Assembly (NCBI GenBank): GCA_009780575.1
Contig: WQZU01000003.1
Span: 1,940-65,939 of the forward strand
Reading direction: 5' to 3'
DNA: 64,000 nt
DNA from: Candidatus Methanomicula labiotermitis
Lineage (GTDB): Archaea > Thermoplasmatota > Thermoplasmata > Methanomassiliicoccales > Methanomethylophilaceae
The position numbers were made by a program, and so were the translations under genes. Shown in pieces: positions 27,201 through 36,771 of this stretch (its first letter is position 1; every line of letters begins with the position of its first letter). The notes below the pieces were generated by a model, which saw only the letters and a program-made list of their open reading frames with translations, ran no database searches and had not been told where the DNA came from.

Positions 27201-27333
27201 GTCAGCGCAATTCATATGATCTTCCGATCGGATGACAAAATATCGATAGGTAATTATCATTTGGTCAATAAACATAGTTATAAGGTAAAGGTTTAAAGAG
27301 AGTCAGCAATTCGTGTAAGAGAGGAGATACACC

Positions 27334-27849
27334 GTGGACCTAAACATAGACTTCTGTCCGAAGTGCGGCAAGAAACTGCCTCCGGAGACAACGTTCTGCC
27401 CCGTGTGCGGTTCAAATCTGAAAAGTCCGCAAACGGACACAATACGACCGGGAACATCCGGACAGACAAGGCTTGCGGCGATCATTCTGATAGTGTATTC
27501 GTTACCGCTGATTCTCCTGTGCATATATTTCTATGCTGCATCCGAAACACTCGCATCAACGTTATTCAACGATCCCGCATTCGCTGATCTTGCCAATCAA
27601 TGGACAGATGCCAATATGACGGAAGCTGACTTCGTATCAACATTGAAGACAATGGCGATCTTCGGAATATTTGCGGGAGCGGCCGGAACGGTCGCGGCGG
27701 CGTTGGCGCTCAAACGCAGAACATGGGTGATAACGGTCACACTATGCATGGTGTCCGCACTGATGAGCGCCCTGACGATAGTCGGCCTGATCATGGGGCT
27801 CGTGGCATTCTGGTTGTTATACAAATCAAAACAAGATTTCGTGAGTTGA
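27334..27849 (+). CDS. Zinc-ribbon membrane protein, hypothetical
   Basis: FCPKCGKKLPPETTFCPVCG followed by about 4 TM helices. GTG start. Confidence 0.55.
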   Translation: MDLNIDFCPKCGKKLPPETTFCPVCGSNLKSPQTDTIRPGTSGQTRLAAIILIVYSLPLILLCIYFYAASETLASTLFNDPAFADLANQWTDANMTEADFVSTLKTMAIFGIFAGAAGTVAAALALKRRTWVITVTLCMVSALMSALTIVGLIMGLVAFWLLYKSKQDFVS

Positions 27850-27882
27850 AAAAATGAACGGCGGCACACGCCGCCTTTAGGT

Positions 27883-28782
27883 TCAAATACGTTTCAGCCT
27901 TCCAAGAACCGGCTCATAGACAAGGCCCTTATCCATCAGTGAATTCGTCATCTCCTCAAGTTCCGTTGGTGTTATTCCTTCCGATGTGGCCTTCCTTATG
28001 AGGTCGTCCATCGGGGCTCCGCGTCCGTCCTTGTCAAGCTCTCCGAGCATGTCCAGTACAAGGTCCTCTTTATCAACGTCCGAGATGCCGCTTCTCTCCT
28101 CAAGGTCGATCTCATCGGGTATATCCACTACGTCTTCGGGAAGACCGAGGTCTATCTCCCTTTCAGGCAGCAGCATTCTGAGCGAACTCTGTATCAGCTT
28201 AAGATATCTGGACGAATCCGGCATCCCGTAGAATTCAGCCGCTTCTATGATACCTTCTGCTTCATCCTTGGTCATTCCTCCGGTGGCTGCGAGGTCATCG
28301 GCCGATGCTTCCGGCATAGAAAGCGCGGCCTTCATGCCGTTCAGGCGTTTCCATGTGCACTTCGCCGTTTCCAACACAATGCGCTGTCTCGTTTCCGAAT
28401 CTATGCGGACGATCCTTTCCGGCCTTATTGAGACAAGTATACGCGACTCATCGGGCCTGTATGTCCTTATTTTACCCACAACGGCAACGAATGATGGAGT
28501 CTCAAGGGAAGCGATCGCCGCGGCCGCCTCAGGCTGATACCTTCCGACATTGACGAAATAACTTCCGGATACGTCTTCTATCCTTGCTCTCCATAATGGT
28601 TCTTCATCGTTTCCTATGTTCTGTTTTTCCAGAAGCACACCGGCGATCAGAACTCTGTTAGTTTTTGTTCCGAGAGGCGTTATCAGATACGTCGGCGATT
28701 TCTCCTCGTCGCCTTTCCTCTCCAGGGATGAATTGTTAAGCTCGCCTGCGAACATCCTCCATGCGGTCTCTCGGGATATCAC
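27883..28782 (-). CDS. RPA-associated OB-fold protein (COG3390-like)
   Basis: N-terminus ...RMFAGELNNSSL...PTYLITPLGTKTNRVLIAGVL...FVAVVGKIRTY resembles RPA-associated proteins of other euryarchaea. It overlaps the upstream rpa gene by 4 nt. Confidence 0.6.
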   Translation of the reverse strand: MISRETAWRMFAGELNNSSLERKGDEEKSPTYLITPLGTKTNRVLIAGVLLEKQNIGNDEEPLWRARIEDVSGSYFVNVGRYQPEAAAAIASLETPSFVAVVGKIRTYRPDESRILVSIRPERIVRIDSETRQRIVLETAKCTWKRLNGMKAALSMPEASADDLAATGGMTKDEAEGIIEAAEFYGMPDSSRYLKLIQSSLRMLLPEREIDLGLPEDVVDIPDEIDLEERSGISDVDKEDLVLDMLGELDKDGRGAPMDDLIRKATSEGITPTELEEMTNSLMDKGLVYEPVLGRLKRI

Positions 28783-30101
28783 ATCGATCCCTCCACCTTT
28801 TCCATGAGCTCTTCCGCCTCTTTCTTTATGTCCACGGCCATTTTTTCTATTTCGCGTACGATCATCATCGGTCCGTAATCATCGCTGAGAACGTTACCTG
28901 TCGCAGCGACGTTCATTGCAAGCACCTTCTCTTCCATCAGCCTGCAGACCGAATCCTGATCGACATTCTCTCTGGCCATCGCCACGGCCCGCTCAAGCGT
29001 TATACCGGTCAACTTTTCTGTACATTCTCTGTTAACAACGGCAGTCAGCGCTCCGGTGCCGTCGTCAATGACGATCTTCATCCTGAGGTCCTGCACGCTT
29101 TCGACCTTACCGTGCGCAGTGCACTCGTCTCCGAGTATCGAGCGGTTACAGTTGGGACACCTCTTTATCAAACCGCTCCCCATTCTGACGTCAACGATCG
29201 CACCCGTGACCATCACGTCAAGGCCGCCTCCGGTCTTGGTGATGTCCGCAACGCTTCTTTCACTTGATCCGCTATGAACGTTCGAGAACACGGCATCCAC
29301 GCGGCTTATCTCGCACTGATCGCCGAAGTTCAGCTGCGGAACGCCTCTCCACGCTTTTATGTAAGCGTTCTTGGCGCATACCGTCTCATCGTTCTTCAGT
29401 TCAAAGTCGTTCCATGCGGTGAACTGTACCTTTCCGGTGTTATCGGCGATGTAACCTGTAAAGACGGTCTTCGTCTCATCTTTGGAAGTTATGCTCTTCG
29501 GCTCAACGGATAGTATCTTACCCGTAACGGTAACATTGCCTATACCGTCGCGCAACTCCGATATCGTCACCTCCGAAGAGTATGATATCGTACGCTCAGG
29601 AGCATCTATAGGCGTCTCCGAAGGTTCGGCAACGCTTCTTTCTCCCAAGTTTATCTGAAGCTTGTCGTTCCACATCTTAGTGTACGCATTCTTGAAATTG
29701 TACGTTTCCCCTTTGACAAGCTCCATCTTTCCGACATCCCACACGGTAAATGATGCAGTAGCCGTCTCATCGCCGAGTATCCCCGAAAATATTGTCTTGG
29801 GAACTCCGCGGGCGGTTATCTGTTTCTCTTCAACGAATACCACTCTTGCGACAAGGTCCACATTCTTCTCATCGCCGGTCATCTCGTTTATCTTCTTCGT
29901 CACGGATGCCGCAGGTACGAATAACGGTGCGTCAACACCGTATTTCCTCATTATTCCTTTCTTTGCGGCATCTATGGAAACATGATACACATTCAGATAT
30001 GTGTTCAGTTCATCCGTTATCTGTTTTTCGTCAGCGCTTTCTCCGATCACCCTTTTCAGTTCTTCTATATGGGGTGTAAGTTCTTCCATTTTCATTTTCA
30101 T
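28779..30101 (-). CDS. rpa: Replication protein A (multi-OB-fold ssDNA-binding protein with zinc finger)
   Basis: Repeated OB-fold units and CPNCNRSILGDECTAHG. Confidence 0.75.
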   Translation of the reverse strand: MKMKMEELTPHIEELKRVIGESADEKQITDELNTYLNVYHVSIDAAKKGIMRKYGVDAPLFVPAASVTKKINEMTGDEKNVDLVARVVFVEEKQITARGVPKTIFSGILGDETATASFTVWDVGKMELVKGETYNFKNAYTKMWNDKLQINLGERSVAEPSETPIDAPERTISYSSEVTISELRDGIGNVTVTGKILSVEPKSITSKDETKTVFTGYIADNTGKVQFTAWNDFELKNDETVCAKNAYIKAWRGVPQLNFGDQCEISRVDAVFSNVHSGSSERSVADITKTGGGLDVMVTGAIVDVRMGSGLIKRCPNCNRSILGDECTAHGKVESVQDLRMKIVIDDGTGALTAVVNRECTEKLTGITLERAVAMARENVDQDSVCRLMEEKVLAMNVAATGNVLSDDYGPMMIVREIEKMAVDIKKEAEELMEKVEGSM

Positions 30102-30407
30102 CGACCTCCTCGGCCTTAGACGTATTGTCCGTTCTGACAGATGATATGATAGTAGATAAAAGGTGCCTGGGGATCTCCGAAAGTAGTCTCGCGGGCAGGC
30201 GCAATGCGATACTTAACGGTTCAATAAAGAATACCGCTGTTTTCAAACACTTTCGGCATGATTCTCGCTGCCGCGCTTACGTTTTGCACAGATCGGTGCG
30301 CCGTTTATACAGACTAAACTATATACCTTAATGCTCTCACGGGTGTTAATCGTCACGTTTCAAGCATCATTAAAGCTTCGAACGCCAACAGAAAAAGGTC
30401 GCGTATC

Positions 30408-33002
30408 ATGAAGTTCATGGAGAAAGCGGGAGATATCATGGCCAAAAGGCCGATTGTTCCATTAGCGATTCTCTTTATGATCACGATGGCGTCCGTCGGC
30501 ATGATCGCAATGAATCCTCCGACATTCGACATGGATGAAGGAGGTTTTGCGCCCGATGATGAGATGACGAGGGCCTCCGCAATAATATCGAGTTCATTCG
30601 GATCAACGGTATCCGTACCGATCATGATCGATGCCGGCGGAGCAGGAGGAAACATTTTCACGAAAGAGATATTCATCGATATTCTAAGATACGAACAATC
30701 GTTGCTGGGGATGTCCTTTACTGACAGGGACAGCGGATATGAACGTGATTATTCGGAGCTGTCCGGGTTCAGGGTAATCAGTCCCATATCTTTCATCTCA
30801 CAGGAGATCTTCGAACTCATAAAAATCACTAATCCCATCATCACTAATCCCATCGATGCAGTGGATTCCCTGCAGGACGATGACGAACTGATGTATTATG
30901 CGGCAAAGATCCTCGAAGGATCGATGATGCAGTCGATGTTCACGAGAGACCGGGTCATAGATACGGTATCCGGAACCGCATCCGCCAAGGGTATGCTGAT
31001 GTCCGTCATGATATTGGACACTGACCTTGCCTTCATACAAGGAGGTCTGCGCGGTTTCGAGGGCGATGTGATATCCGAGACAGAATTATTCACACAGAAC
31101 ACCGAAGGCCTCAGGATAATGGTTGCCGGATTGGCAACGATGATGAGCGAGATCGGGCAATTGGCTCAGGATGATCTTTTCATGTTGCTACCGATCGCAA
31201 TGATCGTACTTGTGCTCTTACTTCTATTGATATACAGGGATCTGATCGACACGCTTACCGGAATCATCGGCTTGGTAATAGCAGTCATATGGACATTCGG
31301 TATATCCTCATTCATAGGCATCAATATCTCTACAATAGCGATAGCCGTACCGATCCTGATATTGGCGCTGGGCATAGATTACGGATTACATCTTATGTTC
31401 AGATACAGAGAAGAAAGAAGGGCCGGAAAGAGTCCGAAGGACGCAATAGCGATGACCATGGGGTCCGTCGGGCAGGCGCTGACGCTTGCCACGGTAACGA
31501 CAACGATAGCGTTCCTTTCCTATCTGACATCATCAATGTCGGCATTGGCCGATTTCGGTATAATGTGCGCGATCGGTATCGTCTGCGCTTTCGGAGCAAT
31601 GCTCCTGCTTGTTCCTCCGCTGCAGATAATGAGGGACCGCAGAGCGGAGAGAAAAGGAAAGGATCCGGACGAATGCAAACGCTACAGAGCGCCGAAGAAC
31701 AGCAGCGGCGACATCTTATCCAGAATATCCGGCATAGGCGGGAAGATCGCCGCCAAGAAGCCATGGGCGACCCTCGGTGTCGTGGCAATAGCAATAGGGG
31801 CGTTCGGATACAGCTCCACTAACTTGTCATACGAATTCAACCTGTTCGATTTCGTTCCGGAAGGGACGGAAGCACACGAGGTCATAACATATCTTGATGC
31901 GAACTACGACACATCGATCGGCACGGTCAATGTGCTCATACACGGTGACGCATGGGATATCAATACTCTGATCGCAATGGAATTATCGTTGCGTAACATG
32001 GAAATCAATCCCATACGAGGCCTCGAATACATAAACGGTACAGTTCACGCTGAGCATTTAGGTACGGCGCTGATGGACCTCAAATTCATTATTCCAGGCC
32101 CGGGATTCCAACTTTTGTACAATAACGTATTCGACGATCAGGGCAGGCTGCTGATCCAGAACGACATGAGTGGCCCAGAGGTAGCCCTTCTTGAAATAAA
32201 GAAACTCCTTGAGACGCCCGGAATCAGTGAAATCGCTCACAATTTCACACGCTCATTTGTCGGTACGCATGAAGGAGAACCGATCACGCTGATGGTCATC
32301 TACATGACCGGCGAGATAGACTCGGACAGCGATGCCGTCCTTGCCATGAAAGGTCATGTTGACGATGCTTGCTTACCCTTGTCGGACATAGGTTTCGTTA
32401 CAACGGGAGCAACGATCGTCATGGCGGCGAACATGAAAGAGATGAACGCCAGCCAGATGACGGCATTATTCGTGACGATCATACTCGTGCTGCTGGTGCT
32501 CACGATATTCATGTTCTACGTGGACAGAGGCTGGATGCTGGGAACGATGGCAACGATCCCGACGCTTGTTTCGGTGGTAATGGTCTGGGGAACGATGGCG
32601 CTTATAAACATGCCTCTGAATGTAATGACACTAACGATCGCGTCTTTGACAATAGGTCTCGGTGTAACGTACGGTATACACATATCGCATCGTTATGTGA
32701 CCGAACTTGTGATCAACGATCTCAGTGCGGAAGAGGCGATCAAGAAAGCGACGCGCGAAACAGGCAAAGGCGTTTTCGCGGCCGCGATAACAACGGTGGC
32801 GGGATTCGGTGTCATGATATTCTCGAACATAATGCCCATGTATCAGTTCGGCCTGATCACCGCAATGGCGATAGGATTCGGATACATCGGTTCGATATTC
32901 GTGCTCCCTGCTCTTCTGGTGATATGGGGCAGATACGCAAAACCGACGGTCATGAAGAGAGTAAACGCTTTGAAGGCCGCAAACAAGGATCCGGATACAT
33001 AA
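30408..33002 (+). CDS. MMPL/RND-superfamily (HAE3-like) membrane transporter
   Basis: 864 aa with two 6-TM bundles separated by large loops. Has an SSD-like region GIDYGLHLMFRYREE and a second copy GVTYGIHISHRY. Confidence 0.75.
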   Translation: MKFMEKAGDIMAKRPIVPLAILFMITMASVGMIAMNPPTFDMDEGGFAPDDEMTRASAIISSSFGSTVSVPIMIDAGGAGGNIFTKEIFIDILRYEQSLLGMSFTDRDSGYERDYSELSGFRVISPISFISQEIFELIKITNPIITNPIDAVDSLQDDDELMYYAAKILEGSMMQSMFTRDRVIDTVSGTASAKGMLMSVMILDTDLAFIQGGLRGFEGDVISETELFTQNTEGLRIMVAGLATMMSEIGQLAQDDLFMLLPIAMIVLVLLLLLIYRDLIDTLTGIIGLVIAVIWTFGISSFIGINISTIAIAVPILILALGIDYGLHLMFRYREERRAGKSPKDAIAMTMGSVGQALTLATVTTTIAFLSYLTSSMSALADFGIMCAIGIVCAFGAMLLLVPPLQIMRDRRAERKGKDPDECKRYRAPKNSSGDILSRISGIGGKIAAKKPWATLGVVAIAIGAFGYSSTNLSYEFNLFDFVPEGTEAHEVITYLDANYDTSIGTVNVLIHGDAWDINTLIAMELSLRNMEINPIRGLEYINGTVHAEHLGTALMDLKFIIPGPGFQLLYNNVFDDQGRLLIQNDMSGPEVALLEIKKLLETPGISEIAHNFTRSFVGTHEGEPITLMVIYMTGEIDSDSDAVLAMKGHVDDACLPLSDIGFVTTGATIVMAANMKEMNASQMTALFVTIILVLLVLTIFMFYVDRGWMLGTMATIPTLVSVVMVWGTMALINMPLNVMTLTIASLTIGLGVTYGIHISHRYVTELVINDLSAEEAIKKATRETGKGVFAAAITTVAGFGVMIFSNIMPMYQFGLITAMAIGFGYIGSIFVLPALLVIWGRYAKPTVMKRVNALKAANKDPDT
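30825..30854 (+). repeat. Perfect 15-nt tandem duplication inside the transporter gene
   Basis: atcactaatcccatc occurs twice in tandem, encoding ITNPI-ITNPI. Confidence 0.9.
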
Positions 33003-33117
33003 AGTTCGCAGGCCCCAACGAGATCTTACGAACGCGTGTTCTGCAAAACCACATGGTCAATGACAGTTTTCGAACGTATCTACCCAAAATTTAAATGCAA
33101 AAAAACAATCATAGCGT

Positions 33118-34191
33118 ATGGTCCCTAAAAAGAAGATAGACTCCATTCTTGACGGCTATGATAAAAAGGATATCACAATAACAACGCTTTGTTCCCACTC
33201 ATCGTTGCAAATTTTCCACGGAGCACGGAAAGCAGGGTTCAAAACGGCAGGTCTTACCGTATCACATAACACAAAGCACTATGATGCATTTCCTTTGGCA
33301 AAGCCAGATGAGATAATAAAATTCAACGATCTTGACGAGATCGGAGAGAGGGCAGGGGAGCTTCATGACAGGAATGCTGTCATAATCCCGCACGGTTCTT
33401 TCGTGGAGTACATGGGACCGAGGAAATTCGAGGATCTCGAAATTCCGGCGTACTGCAACCGCGCCGTGCTGCAGTGGGAGTCCAACAGAGATCTTGAAAG
33501 ACAGTGGATAACATCGGCAGGCGTTGCGATGCCGCGCATGTACTCGGATGCAAGAGAGATAAACGAGCCGGTTCTTGTGAAATATCACGGTGCGAAAGGA
33601 GGAAGGGGTTTCTTCATCGCAAAGGATTATCCCGATTTCAAAATGTACATAGACAACACCCAGCCTTACACCATACAGGAGTATACGCTCGGCACCAGAT
33701 ATTATCTGCACTTCTTCTACTCTCCGTTCAAAGAGGACGGATACAAAGTGTCAAGAGGCGGAACCCTGGAACTTCTGTCCATAGACAGGAGGGATGAGAG
33801 CAACATAGACGAACTTTACAAAATGGGTTCCTATGAAGATCTGAAGAAGCACGGACTGTACCCGTCGTTCGTTGTCACAGGAAATGTTCCCGTCGTTATC
33901 CGCGAATCACTGCTTCCGAAAGCGTTCGATATGGCAGAGAAGATCGTGAACCGTTCATACGAACTGTTCGGAGGCATGTGGGGTCCGTTCTGTCTTGAGA
34001 CGATAGTCACGGACAAGCTGGAATTCAAACTGTTCGAAATATCGACAAGGATCGTTGCCGGGACAAACCCGTTCATATCCGGTTCCCCGTATGCGGATCT
34101 CATATATCCGGGCCTGAGCACAGGCGGAAGGATAGCCATGGAGTTCAAGCAAGGACTGGCATCCGGAAAGTTCAACGACCTGATGACGTAA
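33118..34191 (+). CDS. purP: 5-formaminoimidazole-4-carboxamide ribonucleotide (FAICAR) synthetase
   Basis: ITTLCSHSSLQIFHGARKAGFKT start and ATP-grasp body typical of archaeal PurP. Confidence 0.85.
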   Translation: MVPKKKIDSILDGYDKKDITITTLCSHSSLQIFHGARKAGFKTAGLTVSHNTKHYDAFPLAKPDEIIKFNDLDEIGERAGELHDRNAVIIPHGSFVEYMGPRKFEDLEIPAYCNRAVLQWESNRDLERQWITSAGVAMPRMYSDAREINEPVLVKYHGAKGGRGFFIAKDYPDFKMYIDNTQPYTIQEYTLGTRYYLHFFYSPFKEDGYKVSRGGTLELLSIDRRDESNIDELYKMGSYEDLKKHGLYPSFVVTGNVPVVIRESLLPKAFDMAEKIVNRSYELFGGMWGPFCLETIVTDKLEFKLFEISTRIVAGTNPFISGSPYADLIYPGLSTGGRIAMEFKQGLASGKFNDLMT

Positions 34192-34199
34192 GCACGAGA

Positions 34200-34244
34200 G
34201 TTCACACAGGCTCGCTGTATATCATAGCGTAAGCCTGTGTGAAC
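34200..34244. repeat. Perfect 12-bp inverted repeat with a 21-nt loop, just after purP
   Basis: gttcacacaggc ... gcctgtgtgaac. No T-run follows. Confidence 0.8.
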
Positions 34245-34453
34245 AGACTCAAAAGTTATATACTAACGCTGACGGGAGTGTCTTTTCAGAAGCCGATTTT
34301 TCAGCATTTATGCGGACACGATACATTAGAGGAACCCAACGGCGTTGTTTGATGTTCTTCACGGCTTCAAAACGCAACAAAAATGATGATCTCCTAGCAG
34401 TCCAATCGAAACCGGCAAAAACAATATCTACATGTGTGTGTTAATGGTGAACA

Positions 34454-35608
34454 ATGTTTTCCAAAAGGCTGATGGATGTCCCGGAATCCGGCACCGTGGC
34501 GATAGCGAATATCGTCAGTCAGCTGAAACAGGAAGGCGTCAACATAATATCGTTCTCAATGGGTGAGCCAGACTTCGATACGCCGGACAACATAAAGGAA
34601 GCGTGTGTAAGGTCGCTCAGAGACGGGTTCACGCATTACACTCCGTCTATGGGGATACCCGAACTTAGAAAGGCGATAGCCGAAAAGACAACCCGTGAGA
34701 ACAAGATAGCATGCACGTCGAAGAACGTTCTCGTGACGCCGACGAAACATGCACTGTTCATGATCGCGCTGGCATATCTTGATCCCGGAGACGAGGTGTT
34801 GCTCCCCGATCCGGCGTGGGTGTCGTATGAGGCGGTTATAAGACTGGCGGGTGCGAAACCGGTCTACGTACCGACGAAATTCGAAGATAATTTCTGCATG
34901 AGCGTTGACAAGGTGGCATCCGCAATAACGGAAAGAACGAAGATGCTGATAATCAACTCTCCATCAAACCCGACCGGTTCAGTCATGCCGAAGGACACAT
35001 TGAAAGGAATAGCCGACATATGCATCGAAAAGAACATCAGAGTTCTGTCGGATGAGATATACGAGCACATAATCTACGAAGGCGAACACGTGTCCATAGG
35101 TTCGTTCGACGGCATGTTCGACCGCACTCTGACGATCTCCGGATTATCGAAAACATATGCGATGACCGGATGGAGACTGGGCTGGCTTATAGCCTCTGAA
35201 AAAGATATCGCCGCTGTCAATAAATTACAGACGCATTCGATCACATGCTGCACCTCATTCACACAGCCGGCGGCGATCGAGGCGCTGAGAGGAACGCAGG
35301 AACCAAAGATAAAAATGGTGGAGGAGTTCAAAAAGCGCAGAGATCTGGCGCTGGACCTGCTCAACGACATCAAAGGAGTAGAATGCAACCGTCCGGAAGG
35401 TGCGTTCTATCTGTTCCCGAAATATGATTACAAGGTATTATCGGACGATCTTGCAATGTATCTGATGAAGGATGCGCATGTTGCGGTCACTCCCGGAAGG
35501 TCATTCGGACCGGCAGGCGAAGGGTTCTTCAGACTCTCATATGCGGCCTCAGAGGAAAATCTGACGGAAGGCATCGGAAGGATCAAGAAGTCTTTGTCAA
35601 AACTGTAA
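34454..35608 (+). CDS. Class I/II PLP aminotransferase (aspartate aminotransferase-like)
   Basis: NSPSNPTG and SGLSKTYAMTGWRLG motifs. Confidence 0.8.
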   Translation: MFSKRLMDVPESGTVAIANIVSQLKQEGVNIISFSMGEPDFDTPDNIKEACVRSLRDGFTHYTPSMGIPELRKAIAEKTTRENKIACTSKNVLVTPTKHALFMIALAYLDPGDEVLLPDPAWVSYEAVIRLAGAKPVYVPTKFEDNFCMSVDKVASAITERTKMLIINSPSNPTGSVMPKDTLKGIADICIEKNIRVLSDEIYEHIIYEGEHVSIGSFDGMFDRTLTISGLSKTYAMTGWRLGWLIASEKDIAAVNKLQTHSITCCTSFTQPAAIEALRGTQEPKIKMVEEFKKRRDLALDLLNDIKGVECNRPEGAFYLFPKYDYKVLSDDLAMYLMKDAHVAVTPGRSFGPAGEGFFRLSYAASEENLTEGIGRIKKSLSKL

Positions 35609-35655
35609 TTACGGTCGTTGACGCTAATCTTTATAGAGACGTTACCGTTAAGGGG

Positions 35656-36771
35656 TTGTTGCGTCAGAGTTGCGCATATGCGCGGTTGGCGGCAAGAGGG
35701 AGAAAATTGAGCAGAGAACTTTTCACAGTCGGTCCCGTGAATGTTGAGCCGGAGGTCCTTCAGGCTATGACCAGACCGATGATCACGCATCGCTCTAAAG
35801 ATTACAGGGCGCTTCACGGCTCCATCATTGAGAAATTCAAAAAACTGCTGGATACGGATATGGACATATTCATGGTCGGAGGTTCCGCCTCAATATTCCT
35901 GGAAGGAGCGGTAAAAAATGGAGTTAACAGCAATGTTCTCGGGATCTCCAACGGTTCATTCGGAGAAAGGTGGATAGAGATATCGAAGCTGAACGGTAAA
36001 AATGTGAAGGAAATTCGAACGCCATGGGGAAACGCCATGAAACCGGCGGACATTGAAGGCGCCGTTGACGATACCGTGGAAGCGGTTCATTTCGTGAGCA
36101 ACGAATCATCCACCGGAGTTCTCAGTTCAATTGACGATCTGACCGGTGAGATAAGGAAACAGAACGATCCGCTGATATTCGTGGACGGCGTCACATCCGT
36201 TACCGCCGTCGATCTCAAGCTGAGAAAGAACGAGATCGACGCATTGGTGTTCGGAACGCAGAAAGCACTGGCGTTGCCTCCCGGGCTTGCGATCATGGCG
36301 GTCAGCGAAAAACTGATGAAAAGATCAAAAGAGGTTCGGAACAGAGGGTTCTACACCGATCTGATAAAATTAAAGAAGAACAATGATGAGAATTATGCGC
36401 TCACCACCCCTCCTGTATCGCTGATGTATGCGCTGGATTTCCAATTGGACCGCATGGTATCGGAAGGAATGGCCTCAAGATACAGAAGACATAAGGAAAT
36501 GGGCGATCTTGTCAGAAAATGGTCATTGAAGCTTTTCGGCATGTTCCCCGAGAAAGAGTACATGTCAAACACGATCGGCGTACTCAACCGCGGCACACTG
36601 GATTTCGAAAAGTTTCACGCTTCATTGAAATCGAAAGGTTATGAGATATCAGGCGGTTACGGTGATGTTAAAGAAAAGACGTTCAGGATAGGCCACATGG
36701 GAGACCTGACGCCGGAAAGAGTTAAAGGGTTGCTGAAAGTGATGGATGAAACATTGGAGGAATGTCAATGA
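35656..36771 (+). CDS. Class V aminotransferase (phosphoserine / serine-pyruvate aminotransferase type)
   Basis: Class V fold with FGTQKAL PLP-lysine context. Sits directly upstream of serA and overlaps it. The start is probably the in-frame TTG 35707 (MSRELFTVGPVN). Confidence 0.7.
   Translation: MLRQSCAYARLAARGRKLSRELFTVGPVNVEPEVLQAMTRPMITHRSKDYRALHGSIIEKFKKLLDTDMDIFMVGGSASIFLEGAVKNGVNSNVLGISNGSFGERWIEISKLNGKNVKEIRTPWGNAMKPADIEGAVDDTVEAVHFVSNESSTGVLSSIDDLTGEIRKQNDPLIFVDGVTSVTAVDLKLRKNEIDALVFGTQKALALPPGLAIMAVSEKLMKRSKEVRNRGFYTDLIKLKKNNDENYALTTPPVSLMYALDFQLDRMVSEGMASRYRRHKEMGDLVRKWSLKLFGMFPEKEYMSNTIGVLNRGTLDFEKFHASLKSKGYEISGGYGDVKEKTFRIGHMGDLTPERVKGLLKVMDETLEECQ

Noticed and set aside
34383-34389. 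AUGAUGA C-box-like motif in the purP-aspC spacer, and CUGAUGA at 59033-59039 next to tRNA-Val
   Set aside because: There is no CUGA D box or C'/D' pair within the 50-70 nt expected for an archaeal C/D box sRNA on either strand.
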